A stretch of 63,320 nucleotides of DNA, the filler included, from Globobulimina sp. (Eukaryota), in assembly GCA_003354225.1 (NCBI GenBank). It is 56 parts of 56 records of this genome, joined end to end, with 100 filler letters (N's around TTAATTAATTAA, not from the genome) between each part and the next. Parts side by side here need not be neighbours in the genome. Positions count along the whole stretch, not along the records: positions 35,121 to 36,152 come from PIVH01025295.1; positions 36,253 to 37,284 come from PIVH01025296.1; positions 37,385 to 38,416 come from PIVH01025297.1; positions 38,517 to 39,548 come from PIVH01025298.1; positions 39,649 to 40,680 come from PIVH01025299.1; positions 40,781 to 41,812 come from PIVH01025300.1; positions 41,913 to 42,944 come from PIVH01025301.1; positions 43,045 to 44,076 come from PIVH01025302.1; 48 more parts are not named here. One strand, written 5' to 3'. The position numbers and the translations under genes were made by a program. Under the pieces are notes generated by a model, which saw only the letters and a list, made by a program, of their open reading frames with translations, was not told the origin of the DNA and did no database searches. Of the stretch, positions 35,861 through 47,746 are shown piece after piece (the first letter of the stretch is position 1; each line of letters starts with the position of its first letter).

Positions 35861-36252
35861 GTAAGTGATGTTCCACTTAAAAAAAAAAACTTTATTAAAT
35901 TTAATATACCTTTTAATACCAACAAATTTCAAAAATTAGGATAGGATATTCATTGAATCACAAGCAAAATGTCAGAAATTGAACAAACAACAACAACACA
36001 AGAAGCAGCACAAACAAAGACCGAAACTACACAGCAAAACGCGATAAACACAGAAGTCCACAAAGATGAGAAGCAAAATGATATTGAAACTGGTGTTCAA
36101 ACTTTAGAAATCAAAAAAGATATTTATAATACATTTGCAATCCTGAGAGCCANNNNNNNNNNNNNNNNNNNNNNNNNNNNNNNNNNNNNNNNNNNNTTAA
36201 TTAATTAANNNNNNNNNNNNNNNNNNNNNNNNNNNNNNNNNNNNNNNNNNNN

Positions 36253-37284
36253 AAGGTTCCCGACTATCCTACTGGCCATCATCCTGCCGCAATCAGTAAT
36301 GTTCCTTTGTGCCATACTGTTGTATCTGGATTCTCTAAAATTGATCATGACAACGTTTGTTATGACATTTCTTTTTTGTTTGGGGAGGGTCCTCCGGATG
36401 AACTAAAACTCAAAAGCCAATTGCCTACTCCAAAATTGGGTTTCCCTTCAACTGGTTCCATGGGTTCCCCTTTCAATTCTACTTCCTTTGTGGGTCCCTT
36501 AACTTCAAAATTATCGGGCACAGTTTCCGTTGGCGTCAAACATTTCCCAGGCGTCGTTTCCAAATCGGGCGTCATTTCTACTTTTGGCGCAGACTCTACC
36601 TTTTCCTTGGGCGCCAATTCTACTTTTCCAAAATCGGACCCCACTGGTTTTGCGATTGGTTTTCCTACTTCTTTAGCCATCGATCCCATCAAATGCTTTG
36701 TTTATTGTAATGCCATCTCAATTTTGCTGTTTTTAGCAGTCATGTCATTTCGTTGTATGGGAGTTGGTACTGATGGCACTACAAATGGCTATTTGTCCTA
36801 TATCCGGCCTTCCAGGAAACCACCAGACGGTTTAGAGGGATCAATGGACTTCACATTAGGATCATTAACCACCCGTCAGATGACGATTAACCAATTATCA
36901 AATGGATGCTGCAAGATAAGTTTTTCCATTCTGATTAGTATCCAACATTGTGCTGATATATTTTTTAATATTTTTGTTTTCAGTACACTTCAATCTAGAA
37001 TGTTGATTACTAACTCAGTGAACTCGTCACAAACAAATGATGTACAAACAAATGCTGATGTGTTCAATCAAGTAGACATTTCACACAAGTTTTGTAATGT
37101 TAAAATTTTCTTGTGGGGAGTTTCGCGAAAGCGCGATACTTCTCAAGTATTGTATGATATTTTACTTACACTTAAAATAGTCTATTTGATATGTAGTATA
37201 TGTAGTTTGTTTAGTAAAACATTATGCATAATTTATACTAAGGTTATACGTGCATTATGGCATCCACAGTATGTACTAACGGTC
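36253..37284 (+). CDS. Contig-spanning ORF of unknown function (PPD/KPPD motifs; possibly retroelement-derived)
   Basis: 344 codons without a stop in AT-rich DNA. Confidence 0.4.
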
Positions 37285-38271
37285 NNNNNNNNNNNNNNNN
37301 NNNNNNNNNNNNNNNNNNNNNNNNNNNNTTAATTAATTAANNNNNNNNNNNNNNNNNNNNNNNNNNNNNNNNNNNNNNNNNNNNGTTGTTGTTGGTATCT
37401 AGTTTGCACGCAGAGATTCAGTCGACATGGATGCTCCAAAATATGATTTTCAAACAATTGCAACTGTAGATAAATAGTTCTTATGTATTTTTATTTGTGG
37501 TGTTCATGCCGGTGGGAAAGAGCACAACAAAGTAACACAATTAAACAATGCCATGAAACTGAGTACTATGGTATCGAGTATTGCTTTTGCCACACAATTT
37601 GCTCACCGACCAAATACAATATCCAATGAACACAGTCTCCATGCCTCACAGCTATGGAGTCTGAGATTGGCTATTTAAATTGTAATTGCAATTGCCTGTA
37701 AACCAAAATTAAAAGCAAACTCTCGCCAGTAATCTGAGTTTAACTTGGTAAGTCTGTGCCATTGTTTTTTTTAGTTAGTTAGTAAATGCAGAGTTGTTAG
37801 TGAGCAAGGGAAAAACAGTACTAATGGACTGTACAATAGAAGCAAAAGAAAATGACGCGCACAGACCAGTATATCATGCAAGGGCCCTATGTAAACAAAA
37901 AAGTTGCGATTGTTGGGCGATATGTAGATGGTCCATTGGGACACCGTTGTAGGTTTGTAGCTTGTGACGGGAGATAAAGTTTAGACGTAAAAATTGATGG
38001 AGATAAATTTTTGATTTATAAATATGAAATAAGTTATTAACTCATAAATTCCCTCAATTGTGCAGAATACATATTTCTCTTGCTAGATTTGGTGATCATA
38101 GAAAATCGTTTTTCCCACAAATCAAAAATTGGTACATTTGAGATAGTTTATATAGGAATTCGATTCTAGACATTTGACTACTTACTTACTTACTTACTTA
38201 CTTACTCACTTATTCAACTAATTCTACGTAATTAGTAATGTATTCGATGTTTTTTTTTTTGCTTATTTTTG

Positions 38272-38410
38272 TGTGATCATACATTTTTGATAATATATAT
38301 GATCATACATATGATCATACATTGATCATACATGATCATATATGTTCATGTATGATCATATGTGATCATACATGAAATTAATCATACATAAAACTTATAC
38401 TATGATCACA
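38272..38410. repeat. TGATCATA(C) tandem/palindromic repeat cluster
   Basis: About nine copies of a TGATCA-centred unit. Confidence 0.8.
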
Positions 38411-38516
38411 TTTTGCNNNNNNNNNNNNNNNNNNNNNNNNNNNNNNNNNNNNNNNNNNNNTTAATTAATTAANNNNNNNNNNNNNNNNNNNNNNNNNNNN
38501 NNNNNNNNNNNNNNNN

Positions 38517-39313
38517 GCCCTTTTCTGTTCCTCTAAAGAGAGGAGTGTTGCCCTCGATGTTTACGATAGCCTGTTGAGTTTCTGTCAACAATTTCGATTC
38601 ATCCTCTCTACCACCGGTTTTCCTGTAGCTTTTTTTGCCGCTATGTAACGCTTCTTTAGAATTGCATTTAATGTTCTGCCATCTTTTCTTCACTTTTTCG
38701 GCTGTATATGGCTTTCCAAATTGGGATGTGAGTGTGTCTATAATGCAAGGTTGAACTTGTATAGTCATGCATACCTGTGTTTGTGTCCAAGTGATGCGCA
38801 AGTGTGACAAAAATAGGATAAGTACTGTATGGTATTGGGGTACTGTACCCACCATTTACAGCCAAATCCATGTATAACGAATCCGGATATAACGAAATTC
38901 GCGTATAACCAGTTTTTTCGCGGTCTCTAACAACTCGTTATACGCGGATTTGACTGTACATTGAAGAGTTATGGCAATATTATACATTATATTGGAAACA
39001 TCCCAACTGGCTGTATAATTTTGTGTCAAGTCATACAAATTTGAACTCTTGCACATCTCTCGGACAATTTGAGTGCTCAACATTGACTGTCTTTGCACTA
39101 AACTATGCATGTATATATAACTCAAGTTCTACCTGTTAGTGTTTTCCATGCCGATTTGCGTTTTTTGGCCGATTCGGACACATTGGACCTTCCGTTTATG
39201 TCGTCTCTATGCTCTTCATATAACTCTACCAACCTTTTGGTATCATCTTCACCAAATTCAAACGTTTTGGGGGTTCGAGGTTGTTTAGATTTTGGTTCAA
39301 ATTCATCAGCCAT
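38517..39313 (-). CDS. Myb/SANT-like DNA-binding protein of PIF/Harbinger type, two exons
   Basis: FGEDDTKRLVELYEEH...KKRKSAWKTLT, then an intron, then YTAEKVKKRWQNIK...RKTGG. Repeated CTAG motifs and a possible TIR near 39515-39532. Confidence 0.8.
38859..38956. mobile_element. 98-bp pogo/Tc1-type MITE with TA target-site duplication, inside the Myb intron
   Basis: TA-CAGCCAAATCCATGTATAACGA...TCGTTATACGCGGATTTGACTG-TA (19/22 TIR match). Confidence 0.85.
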
Positions 39314-40848
39314 TGCGTTTTGACAACAATATTAAGTTAACAAGTGGAAACGAACAAGAAGAAACGGAAATATTTGTGTGCTATGCAGATAGAAAGTCCT
39401 AGGTAGATTGTGCTAGATCTAGAAACATCTATTTATAACGAATTCTAGACTATGCTAGATCAAGAACTTTCTACCCTAGAATTTGCTAGGGTCTTTAGAA
39501 CATGCTATGTTTTTCTTTATTTATCCGGCTCCTGGTCCTGTCTTGATANNNNNNNNNNNNNNNNNNNNNNNNNNNNNNNNNNNNNNNNNNNNTTAATTAA
39601 TTAANNNNNNNNNNNNNNNNNNNNNNNNNNNNNNNNNNNNNNNNNNNNTGATAATTTGGTTTTTGAGTTTTGTGTGACTGCGGTGCTGTTCTGTCATCAT
39701 AAAGTAGACAAACATTGTCGGCACTGGTGTATAAGATGCCCTTTTTCACGGAATAGGACTCCCATGGTCCGTCTTTTCTACTAGTCGAGCAGAGGACTCT
39801 CTGTCGCGAATGTCGCGATAGTAAAGATACGTACAAAGATACGTGAATGTACAAAGATACGTGTACGCACATTGAGTTATTTGTTATTGTGCGTACTAAG
39901 AAATATACTAACGTTTACGAAAGTGTACGCACATTTTGTTGTCTGTTTTGTGCGTACTTCAAGAAAGTGGCGTGGATTAGTCGGCGCATAGAAGCGAAGA
40001 ATACAGTATCTAAATAATTAATGCGTCTGTCCGGCTATACGTCATGATCATCTTTGGCGGCAATTATGAATTCTATGGAAGTTTTATGGGAAATTGCGAT
40101 ATGCTCCCTGGGTTTTCCGGTAGAATTGTCGCTGCAGTCGAAGTCGAACTAACAAGATTGGATACAATTAATTATGTTATGATATTATTGGTCGTTTATT
40201 TATTGTATATATTCTCCCTTGAATCTCGATAACTGGTCTTGTGCCTAGACTCATTGTTCTTAAATTCTTGGTGCCGTGCGTTGCTCTTGGTCACATAGAC
40301 CGTTGTTAGGTTTTTTATAGTAAAACTACTTTTATTATTTTCGTACTTAATAAACACCATATTATATAATAAGCTTTAGGCTTTTATTAGTATTGTAAAC
40401 ATTTTCGTACTGTATCTTCAGATAGCTTCCAGTGCATCAGGGCCGACGGTTTGGGCAATTTAGTAAATCTCAACCTTCTGATTATTTTAACTTGTCTATT
40501 CTAAATTATTCTAAAACCTTATTTTGGTAATCTAAAAAATCATGGAAGCCCAATCTCGTCATATGGTGATCATTGAAGTGTCCTGCAACAGAAGAAACTG
40601 AAGAACTTGCAAGAAATTTCGTCAGCCTTCAAAGCTAAGTACAAAGACTGAAGAAAGAAAAAGTACAAAGACACGTACAANNNNNNNNNNNNNNNNNNNN
40701 NNNNNNNNNNNNNNNNNNNNNNNNTTAATTAATTAANNNNNNNNNNNNNNNNNNNNNNNNNNNNNNNNNNNNNNNNNNNNTATTATTTATATATTCCTAA
40801 AAACTGTTTTCTTCAAAAAACTTTCCAAACACTGGTCCTTTCTCAAAA

Positions 40849-41812
40849 ATGAAGAAGGTTTCAGAACAACTTCTCACAATTCCAATAGCATTACTTTCAA
40901 TAATATTCACCGTACTCAACGCCTTGCTCACCACCTATTTGTTGCATTCATTTTTCTCGTCCAAACAACAAACAAAAGCCAGTGTTAGCAATGCACAGAA
41001 CCAACCCCCAAATCAGCAACCAGCCATAACAACACACAAAGAACCAATGTCAGAATCAATTGCACCATATTTCAAATATACCGCATCAATCACCGTTATA
41101 TTCAATACATTGAACTCTTTGTTCAACACCTTTTCTTGTATATATTTAATATACGATCCCCAACATGATGACCCTCGTTTTTATATCCATCATTCCTCTC
41201 ATATACAACGCATAATATCCACTGTTTGCTGGTACATCGCCAAAGTCGCTTTAATTTATGTAATAACTGGAAGATTATACAAAAGTTTTTATGGCAGTGT
41301 GTATAGTGTAGATAAAAAATTTATTATTTACATCAATATATTCAACACAATTATTGCTCCCATTGGCTTAGTTTGTGGTTATTACGGTGTGTTTACCGGC
41401 AATTTGATTTTAGCAGAAATTGGATTAAATTTAATTGCTCGCATTCTGTACGAAGTCATTTCATTGACAGTGTTGTATATGTTCAGCAAACGTTTGTTGT
41501 TATTGTCTATGCGGAATATTAATGTGAGGGTTGCTGAGCCAATGACGGTTACGGTGACAACGGGCAGTGTGCTATCCACCGCAACCACTGTGCCTACAAT
41601 GCCAACCACAGCGACCCCCACAACTACAAATATTGCAGCCAGCCACCATTTGGTTGATGCGAATAAAAAACCTGAATTAGAAATTGTGCCCCAAATTAAT
41701 ATTAAACGCGTTGGGAAATCGGAGGTAGCGTTGGGAGCCGATGACGAACACACTATGTTCTCTACTGATTATTTTATGCGGATTACTACGCGAAATGCTA
41801 TTTTGATGTTGA
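40849..41812 (+). CDS. Multi-pass (7TM/GPCR-like) membrane protein, 3' partial
   Basis: Five or more hydrophobic helices; GRLYKSFYGSVYSVDK and LYMFSKRL are shared with 1..753. Confidence 0.7.
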
Positions 41813-41914
41813 NNNNNNNNNNNNNNNNNNNNNNNNNNNNNNNNNNNNNNNNNNNNTTAATTAATTAANNNNNNNNNNNNNNNNNNNNNNNNNNNNNNNN
41901 NNNNNNNNNNNNCC

Positions 41915-41953
41915 ATTTCAAGTAAACCACCGGCAACAATTGAACCACAATAG
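41915..41953 (+). CDS. guaA: GMP synthase C-terminal tip
   Basis: ISSKPPATIEPQ* matches the KPPATIE terminus of GMP synthase. Confidence 0.7.
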   Translation: MSSKPPATIEPQ

Positions 41954-41970
41954 TGTGATAAATTTGGAAT

Positions 41971-42252
41971 ATGGAAAAATTTGTGATTGATATGGATTTT
42001 CATGTTTTTGACACATATGTAAAAGCAAAAGATGGACATACAATGCATTTTGATGTTGTTACAGATACAAGTGATTTAGAAAAGGCAATTTCCTATGCTA
42101 AAGATTGGCTAAAATCAATTGGCGAGGAATCATCAACAGTTACCGCAAATGAATGTAAATTTTGTCATACTCAATCAGTACCAGAAGATATGGAGATTGA
42201 AATAATGACTGATGGATATTCTATTTCAAAGATGGAAGGATGTCCAAATTAA
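41971..42252 (+). CDS. DUF2024-family protein (thaumarchaeal-like)
   Basis: HVFDTYVKAKDGHTMHFDV...ECKFCH...GYSI.KMEGC. Confidence 0.8.
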   Translation: MEKFVIDMDFHVFDTYVKAKDGHTMHFDVVTDTSDLEKAISYAKDWLKSIGEESSTVTANECKFCHTQSVPEDMEIEIMTDGYSISKMEGCPN

Positions 42253-42919
42253 TTAGAATCGACATTAAGAATCCCTTCAGAAATAAGATATTCTATTGCA
42301 GACAACAAATCATTTTCAGATATAGACTCATCAGCATACCAAACAAAAATATCATGAACCCAAATAGGTATTTTAGGTTCAAATTCCTCTGAATTTTCAA
42401 CTTGTAGTGATTCAATTCTATCAGGGTTGTCTAACTCTTCGGAGGATATTACTTGAGTTTCTAATGTTTCAGTGTTATTTTGAATTACAGGTATTGGCAT
42501 ACTTGATTTTATTATTGAAAATGTTGATGTGATTTCACTAGTACCAAATTCAGAAAAAATCCTCATCCCATATTCACCGATGAGATTAGTTTCATCTTCA
42601 TCGGGTTCAAGGTAATGTAAAATTTGAACAGTAAATAAATTATCATCTACAAATTTTGGAAAAATTTCAGTGGTTTTAATTATTTCCCCATCACTTAATC
42701 TAATTATTTGCATAAAATGATAACCATCTTGAGGATTATAATTTTGGATTTGAATTTCTGCTCGAATCATTTGTGTATTTTCATCTAGATCAATTATATT
42801 TCCAGAAATAAAATCAATAGTTACAATAGGTAATTCCTCGATACCATAAACATGATTAGTTTGTAACAACAAAACAATTGAAAATAATACAAATGAAATG
42901 TTTTGTAATGATCGTTTCA
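42249..42919 (-). CDS. Secreted thaumarchaeal (Nitrosopumilus-like) protein with C-terminal IPxW..W repeat
   Basis: Signal peptide; C-terminal IPIWVHDIFVWYADESISENDLLSAIEYLISEGIL. Confidence 0.8.
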
Positions 42920-43044
42920 TAAAATATATCAAATTTAATTAGTTNNNNNNNNNNNNNNNNNNNNNNNNNNNNNNNNNNNNNNNNNNNNTTAATTAATTAA
43001 NNNNNNNNNNNNNNNNNNNNNNNNNNNNNNNNNNNNNNNNNNNN

Positions 43045-43809
43045 TCCCCCCGTTCTGCAACGAATATGATAGAAAATAGGATGAGTGGTAAACAAAAGAT
43101 AAAATCAGTTGTATTATGTGGTTATAATACAATAATATTAGTCGGTAATAATAATAATAAGGAAGAGAAAGCAGAAGAATTTGAAGAGAAAAAGGAGGTA
43201 ATATATTATATAAATGTATTATATTTTTGTTTATTTTCTAATTATAATTTTTAGATTGAAGAGGAGAAAGAAGAGGATTTCCCGTTAAAGCAAGCATTAT
43301 TTATTATAAATGCGGAAACGATCAAATTCCAACACAAATATGATAAATTATCATTAACTGAGATGATGAAAGCGAATTTGGACGAGATTGTGAATAAAGA
43401 TTCAAGTTTAAATCGGAAATTATTGATTTATAGCAATGTGATGAATGATATTCAAACAAATGCCAATAAATTGGATGGATATATTCAAAATGCAAGAGCT
43501 GAAATTATTAAATTATCGCAACCGAATCCATTAAATTATATGACTTGGAATATGGCACAAATATTAATTTGGATTCAGAGTTTAGAGAGTGGCCGTTTTA
43601 CAAAATATTTATCCAAATTAGAAAAAGGATTTATTGAATGTGAAGCAACCGGTGATGTCTTGCCAGATATTGATAAGAATGAGTTGGCAAATAAATATTT
43701 TGATATTAAATCCATCAAAATCAGAAGAGATCTTGCTGTGTATTTTCAAAATTTACAAACTAAAAATAACGTTGAAGGTGCTAATATCGCTCCAACTGCT
43801 TATATTTAG
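43045..43809 (+). CDS. SAM-domain protein C-terminus (intron about 43198-43254)
   Basis: WNMAQILIWIQSLESGRFTKY...TGDVLPDIDKNEL...FDI...R..L; ends EGANIAPTAYI. Confidence 0.7.
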
Positions 43810-44531
43810 ACATTTTTTTTGTTAATTCTTTTTTGTAAATAATTTACATCGATCAGAAACATTGAGTGCGAGGATAAACCATAAATGAACCTACAAATAT
43901 GTAATTTCAGCAATTAGTGAGTCATTATTTTAGTCTTCGTTCACCAGTTTGCGAAATAATGGTAACTTTTGGCTGCACAGTTCCTTTTGGATTCGAGCCA
44001 ACAATAATATTAACAGCAACACATATATTCTTTGGTAACTTTTCAATTTCAAATTTTGTTTCAGCTTTATTTTTATNNNNNNNNNNNNNNNNNNNNNNNN
44101 NNNNNNNNNNNNNNNNNNNNTTAATTAATTAANNNNNNNNNNNNNNNNNNNNNNNNNNNNNNNNNNNNNNNNNNNNTTTTATAAAATTTCAATGTTTGTT
44201 TTCAGTTTTTGTGTCTGTTTCTATTTTTTTATTTTGCCTATCTGTTCATGTTCTGCTTATTTTGTTTTATTTGTTTAAAACTAAAATTAATTTATTTTTG
44301 TTTCAGACTGATATAGCATTGGACCACGACCATTATTTAAATGGGTATATGGATTTTTCAAAGTGAAAAGAGCGAATCTTATTTAATTAACAATTATGAA
44401 GATCAAAATATATCAAATGTAAAAAACCAACGTATTTCTATTGTAAATAATAACCTTTTTCTTGCTCCTCTCTATGCGTTTCATATCCCGCAAAGTTTTT
44501 GCCTCTGAAAATCACAAAATATCAGATTGCC

Positions 44532-45107
44532 ATGGCACAGCAAGCGGTAAAAGCGAAATTAGGACCTATCGCGTTTGGATCAATTGTTGGCAAATGGACT
44601 GGAGAATGCATCGGAGAATATCCTACCATTAACACCTTTGAATATGGTGAAGAAATTGAAATTGTTGACACAAAGAAACCATTTTTAACCTATACATCAC
44701 AAACCTGGAGGAAAGGACATAAAAATAAATTAATGCATTCAGAAGCCGGATTTATTCGATTCCCATCCGAAAAAGGTGTCGATTTTGTAATATCACAATG
44801 TACTGGAATTCAAGAAATATCATCAGGTGAAATTACAATCAATGATAAAGCAGATAACGCTGAGAATAAGGAGCAAAAAACTGATCAAGATCAGATGCAA
44901 AGCTTTGAGACTACATTAATCAGTGTCAACATTGGTCGCGTAGCCACCAGCAAAGAGCCAAAAGTTGTGCAAATTCAACGGATTTATAAATATAATTCTT
45001 CCACAGATACACTCTCTTATGAAATATGGATGAGCACCACAAAAACAAAAGAACTAACAAAACATTTATCAGGTGTCTTTAAACGAGCATGTTCTCCAAA
45101 ACTCTAA
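44532..45107 (+). CDS. Nitrobindin / THAP4-like heme-binding beta-barrel (DUF1794)
   Basis: GKWTGECIGEYPTI, KPFLTY, MHSEAGFIRF and the C-terminal heme His in KHLSG. Confidence 0.9.
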   Translation: MAQQAVKAKLGPIAFGSIVGKWTGECIGEYPTINTFEYGEEIEIVDTKKPFLTYTSQTWRKGHKNKLMHSEAGFIRFPSEKGVDFVISQCTGIQEISSGEITINDKADNAENKEQKTDQDQMQSFETTLISVNIGRVATSKEPKVVQIQRIYKYNSSTDTLSYEIWMSTTKTKELTKHLSGVFKRACSPKL

Positions 45108-45328
45108 AAAAAAACATAAAACATTTGTTATATATTAATACAATACACAAGTAATAATAATATTTATTCCTACACTTTATATAATTAATAGTTCAGATTA
45201 TTAAAAACNNNNNNNNNNNNNNNNNNNNNNNNNNNNNNNNNNNNNNNNNNNNTTAATTAATTAANNNNNNNNNNNNNNNNNNNNNNNNNNNNNNNNNNNN
45301 NNNNNNNNGAATATATCGTTTAAGCATA

Positions 45329-46340
45329 ATGTCTACGGCATTTGTTGAAGCAGTCGTATTGGGCACATTAGCAATGCTCGGCGCAAGTTGCTTTGCTATG
45401 AGTGCATTGGGCATTGCATTAATATTCCAAATTGGTTATTTCTTAGCTGGCTCATTAAAACTATTAAAAGATACCCAATCATTAACAGAAGCAAACATAT
45501 ATTTGACAGCCTTATTATTACCAATGTCTGTATTCCAATCTATTTATCTCAGAGCTCATTGGAATATATCCTATGTTATTTATTTTGGTATTATCAGAGC
45601 AATCTGCACCGCTGCAGGTATAACTATTCTCATATCAAACGACACAATTTGGTTAGTGCGCGCATTGGGGATATTTTTACTAATTTCATTCTTTATATTT
45701 GGATATATCCAATATTATAAGCTTAAGCACAGTAAAATGTCTCTATATATCCCAATGCAGGAACAAAATAAAACAGATGAGGATGAGCATGCGGATGAGA
45801 ATGAGATTGAGTTGACAGCGTTGACTCAGACATTATATGTTGATGATGGGATATCATTTGAAGTGGATACGTGTTGCAAGAGGTTAATATTGATGGCATT
45901 GGGAGTATCATCGGGTTTAATACGTGGGCTATGGGGCATTGCTGGACTTCCTATTATGTTTTTTGCATTGATTACCAATATAAACTTCAATGAGTTTCGC
46001 TCATCGACTGCTTTTGCTATTATTTTGAGTGAAATTGTATCGATTATACAATTATATATTATTGAGGATAAAATGGATATTAATAATAAATGCGTTGGAT
46101 ATATTGGTATATTATGTGGGGGATTTATTGGTGTGTTTATTGGTAATTATTTAGCAAAATATCATTTGAATCAGTTTTACTTTCATCTGTTCATTATGTA
46201 TATAATGTTTACGGGCGGAATTGTGTTGATTGTAAAGAATATTTGGACGCAATTGTTTGATATTATTGTTACTTTCATATTGTTGGCTATTCCTATCCTC
46301 GTCTTGCTCGTCTATTTGGTATATTCTTTGCATGGATGGA
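45329..46340 (+). CDS. TauE/SafE-like (TSUP) membrane transporter, 3' partial
   Basis: Two hydrophobic halves with a hydrophilic linker; GVSSGLIRGLWGIAGLP and GGFIGVFIGNYL. Confidence 0.65.
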
Positions 46341-46481
46341 NNNNNNNNNNNNNNNNNNNNNNNNNNNNNNNNNNNNNNNNNNNNTTAATTAATTAANNNN
46401 NNNNNNNNNNNNNNNNNNNNNNNNNNNNNNNNNNNNNNNNGTGAATAATAAAACAATCTACACCATGAATGGAACGAGTTA

Positions 46482-47312
46482 TTACAAACAATAAAACAAT
46501 TTTCTTTGTGATTTGGTCAGACAAATATCATCGCAAAACATATAAATATTTCTCAATATTACATATCCAGATATCACTAAACTAATCCATGCGATTGAGG
46601 TCATATCATTTAGTAAAACATAACTATTTATTAATATAATGGTTACAAACGGAATTGATTCGAAAAATACTTCAAATAACAAAAATATTAAATGCAATCT
46701 TAAATCAATTATTGTCTCTTCGTAATCTTCCTCATCGTAACCATCCTCTCTCTGACTCTGAATGTTCCAACTCGGAATTTCGACAATTTTGAAACAATTT
46801 GTGTTAAACAACACATTTTGAACCGATATTAACGGGATAACTTTCAATAAAATAAATATCGAAGCAACAATGACAAACATTATGCAGGAAAAAATAATAT
46901 GGAATGAAACTAATATTCTTCTTTCCAAAACGTGCGAGTTATCGGACCATTTTCGTCTGATTGGAAACCATATAATTTGCGTTTCATTTTCGTTTTCATT
47001 TTCATTTTTATTCTCAAATCTATCCGGATCGTAAATAACTTGTATCAAAACAAAGAAATCTGGAATAAGTTGAAAGAAAATAAATATCCAACATGCAATC
47101 CGCAAATATGGCGAATAAAATTGTGATAACAACACATAAAATATATCACTGCACAAATCCAGAAAAGAAGTGATAATTTGTATGGCGATCCATATCGTAA
47201 ATGGTTGCTGCGGATTAAATGGCAAAATATCACCGTCATCGGAGTCGTTATCATAATACCTCCCATTATCATTATGTTGCCGATGTAGCTCTTTTTTGTT
47301 CACACCATGCAT
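46482..47312 (-). CDS. XK-related-like membrane protein; start uncertain
   Basis: LDLCSDIFY and EVFFESIPF motifs with several TM helices. Confidence 0.5.
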   Translation of the reverse strand: MHGVNKKELHRQHNDNGRYYDNDSDDGDILPFNPQQPFTIWIAIQIITSFLDLCSDIFYVLLSQFYSPYLRIACWIFIFFQLIPDFFVLIQVIYDPDRFENKNENENENETQIIWFPIRRKWSDNSHVLERRILVSFHIIFSCIMFVIVASIFILLKVIPLISVQNVLFNTNCFKIVEIPSWNIQSQREDGYDEEDYEETIIDLRLHLIFLLFEVFFESIPFVTIILINSYVLLNDMTSIAWISLVISGYVILRNIYMFCDDICLTKSQRKLFYCL

Positions 47313-47746
47313 TTCAAGCGATTTTTGTCTGTCAATATTATTGTTTCCGTGCTGTGTTTGTGCACAAAAAGACTGTATACATTGATATATTATGCAATAA
47401 ATAATAAATATGACACATGGCACCGCACCAATAAGTATTATGACTGTTGCAAGCTGCCAAATAAATTGGTACNNNNNNNNNNNNNNNNNNNNNNNNNNNN
47501 NNNNNNNNNNNNNNNNTTAATTAATTAANNNNNNNNNNNNNNNNNNNNNNNNNNNNNNNNNNNNNNNNNNNNAAACTGTACCTCTCGATCCTTACACCCT
47601 CAACACTTTGTTAATGTGACCATCGCATATTCATTTTATGCGAGTTCAGCGGCAGATCTAGTTGGTACTATGTATATAAAATATAATTAGCGATAATTAG
47701 AAATATAGGTATAACACGCGCATTTTTTTATGTTATTATTATTTAT

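Noticed and set aside
36253-37140. Alternative genetic code (TAA/TAG = Gln) on the minus strand
   Set aside because: The same frame also has several TGA stops, while the plus strand is fully open in the standard code. Other genes in the window use TAA/TAG as stops.
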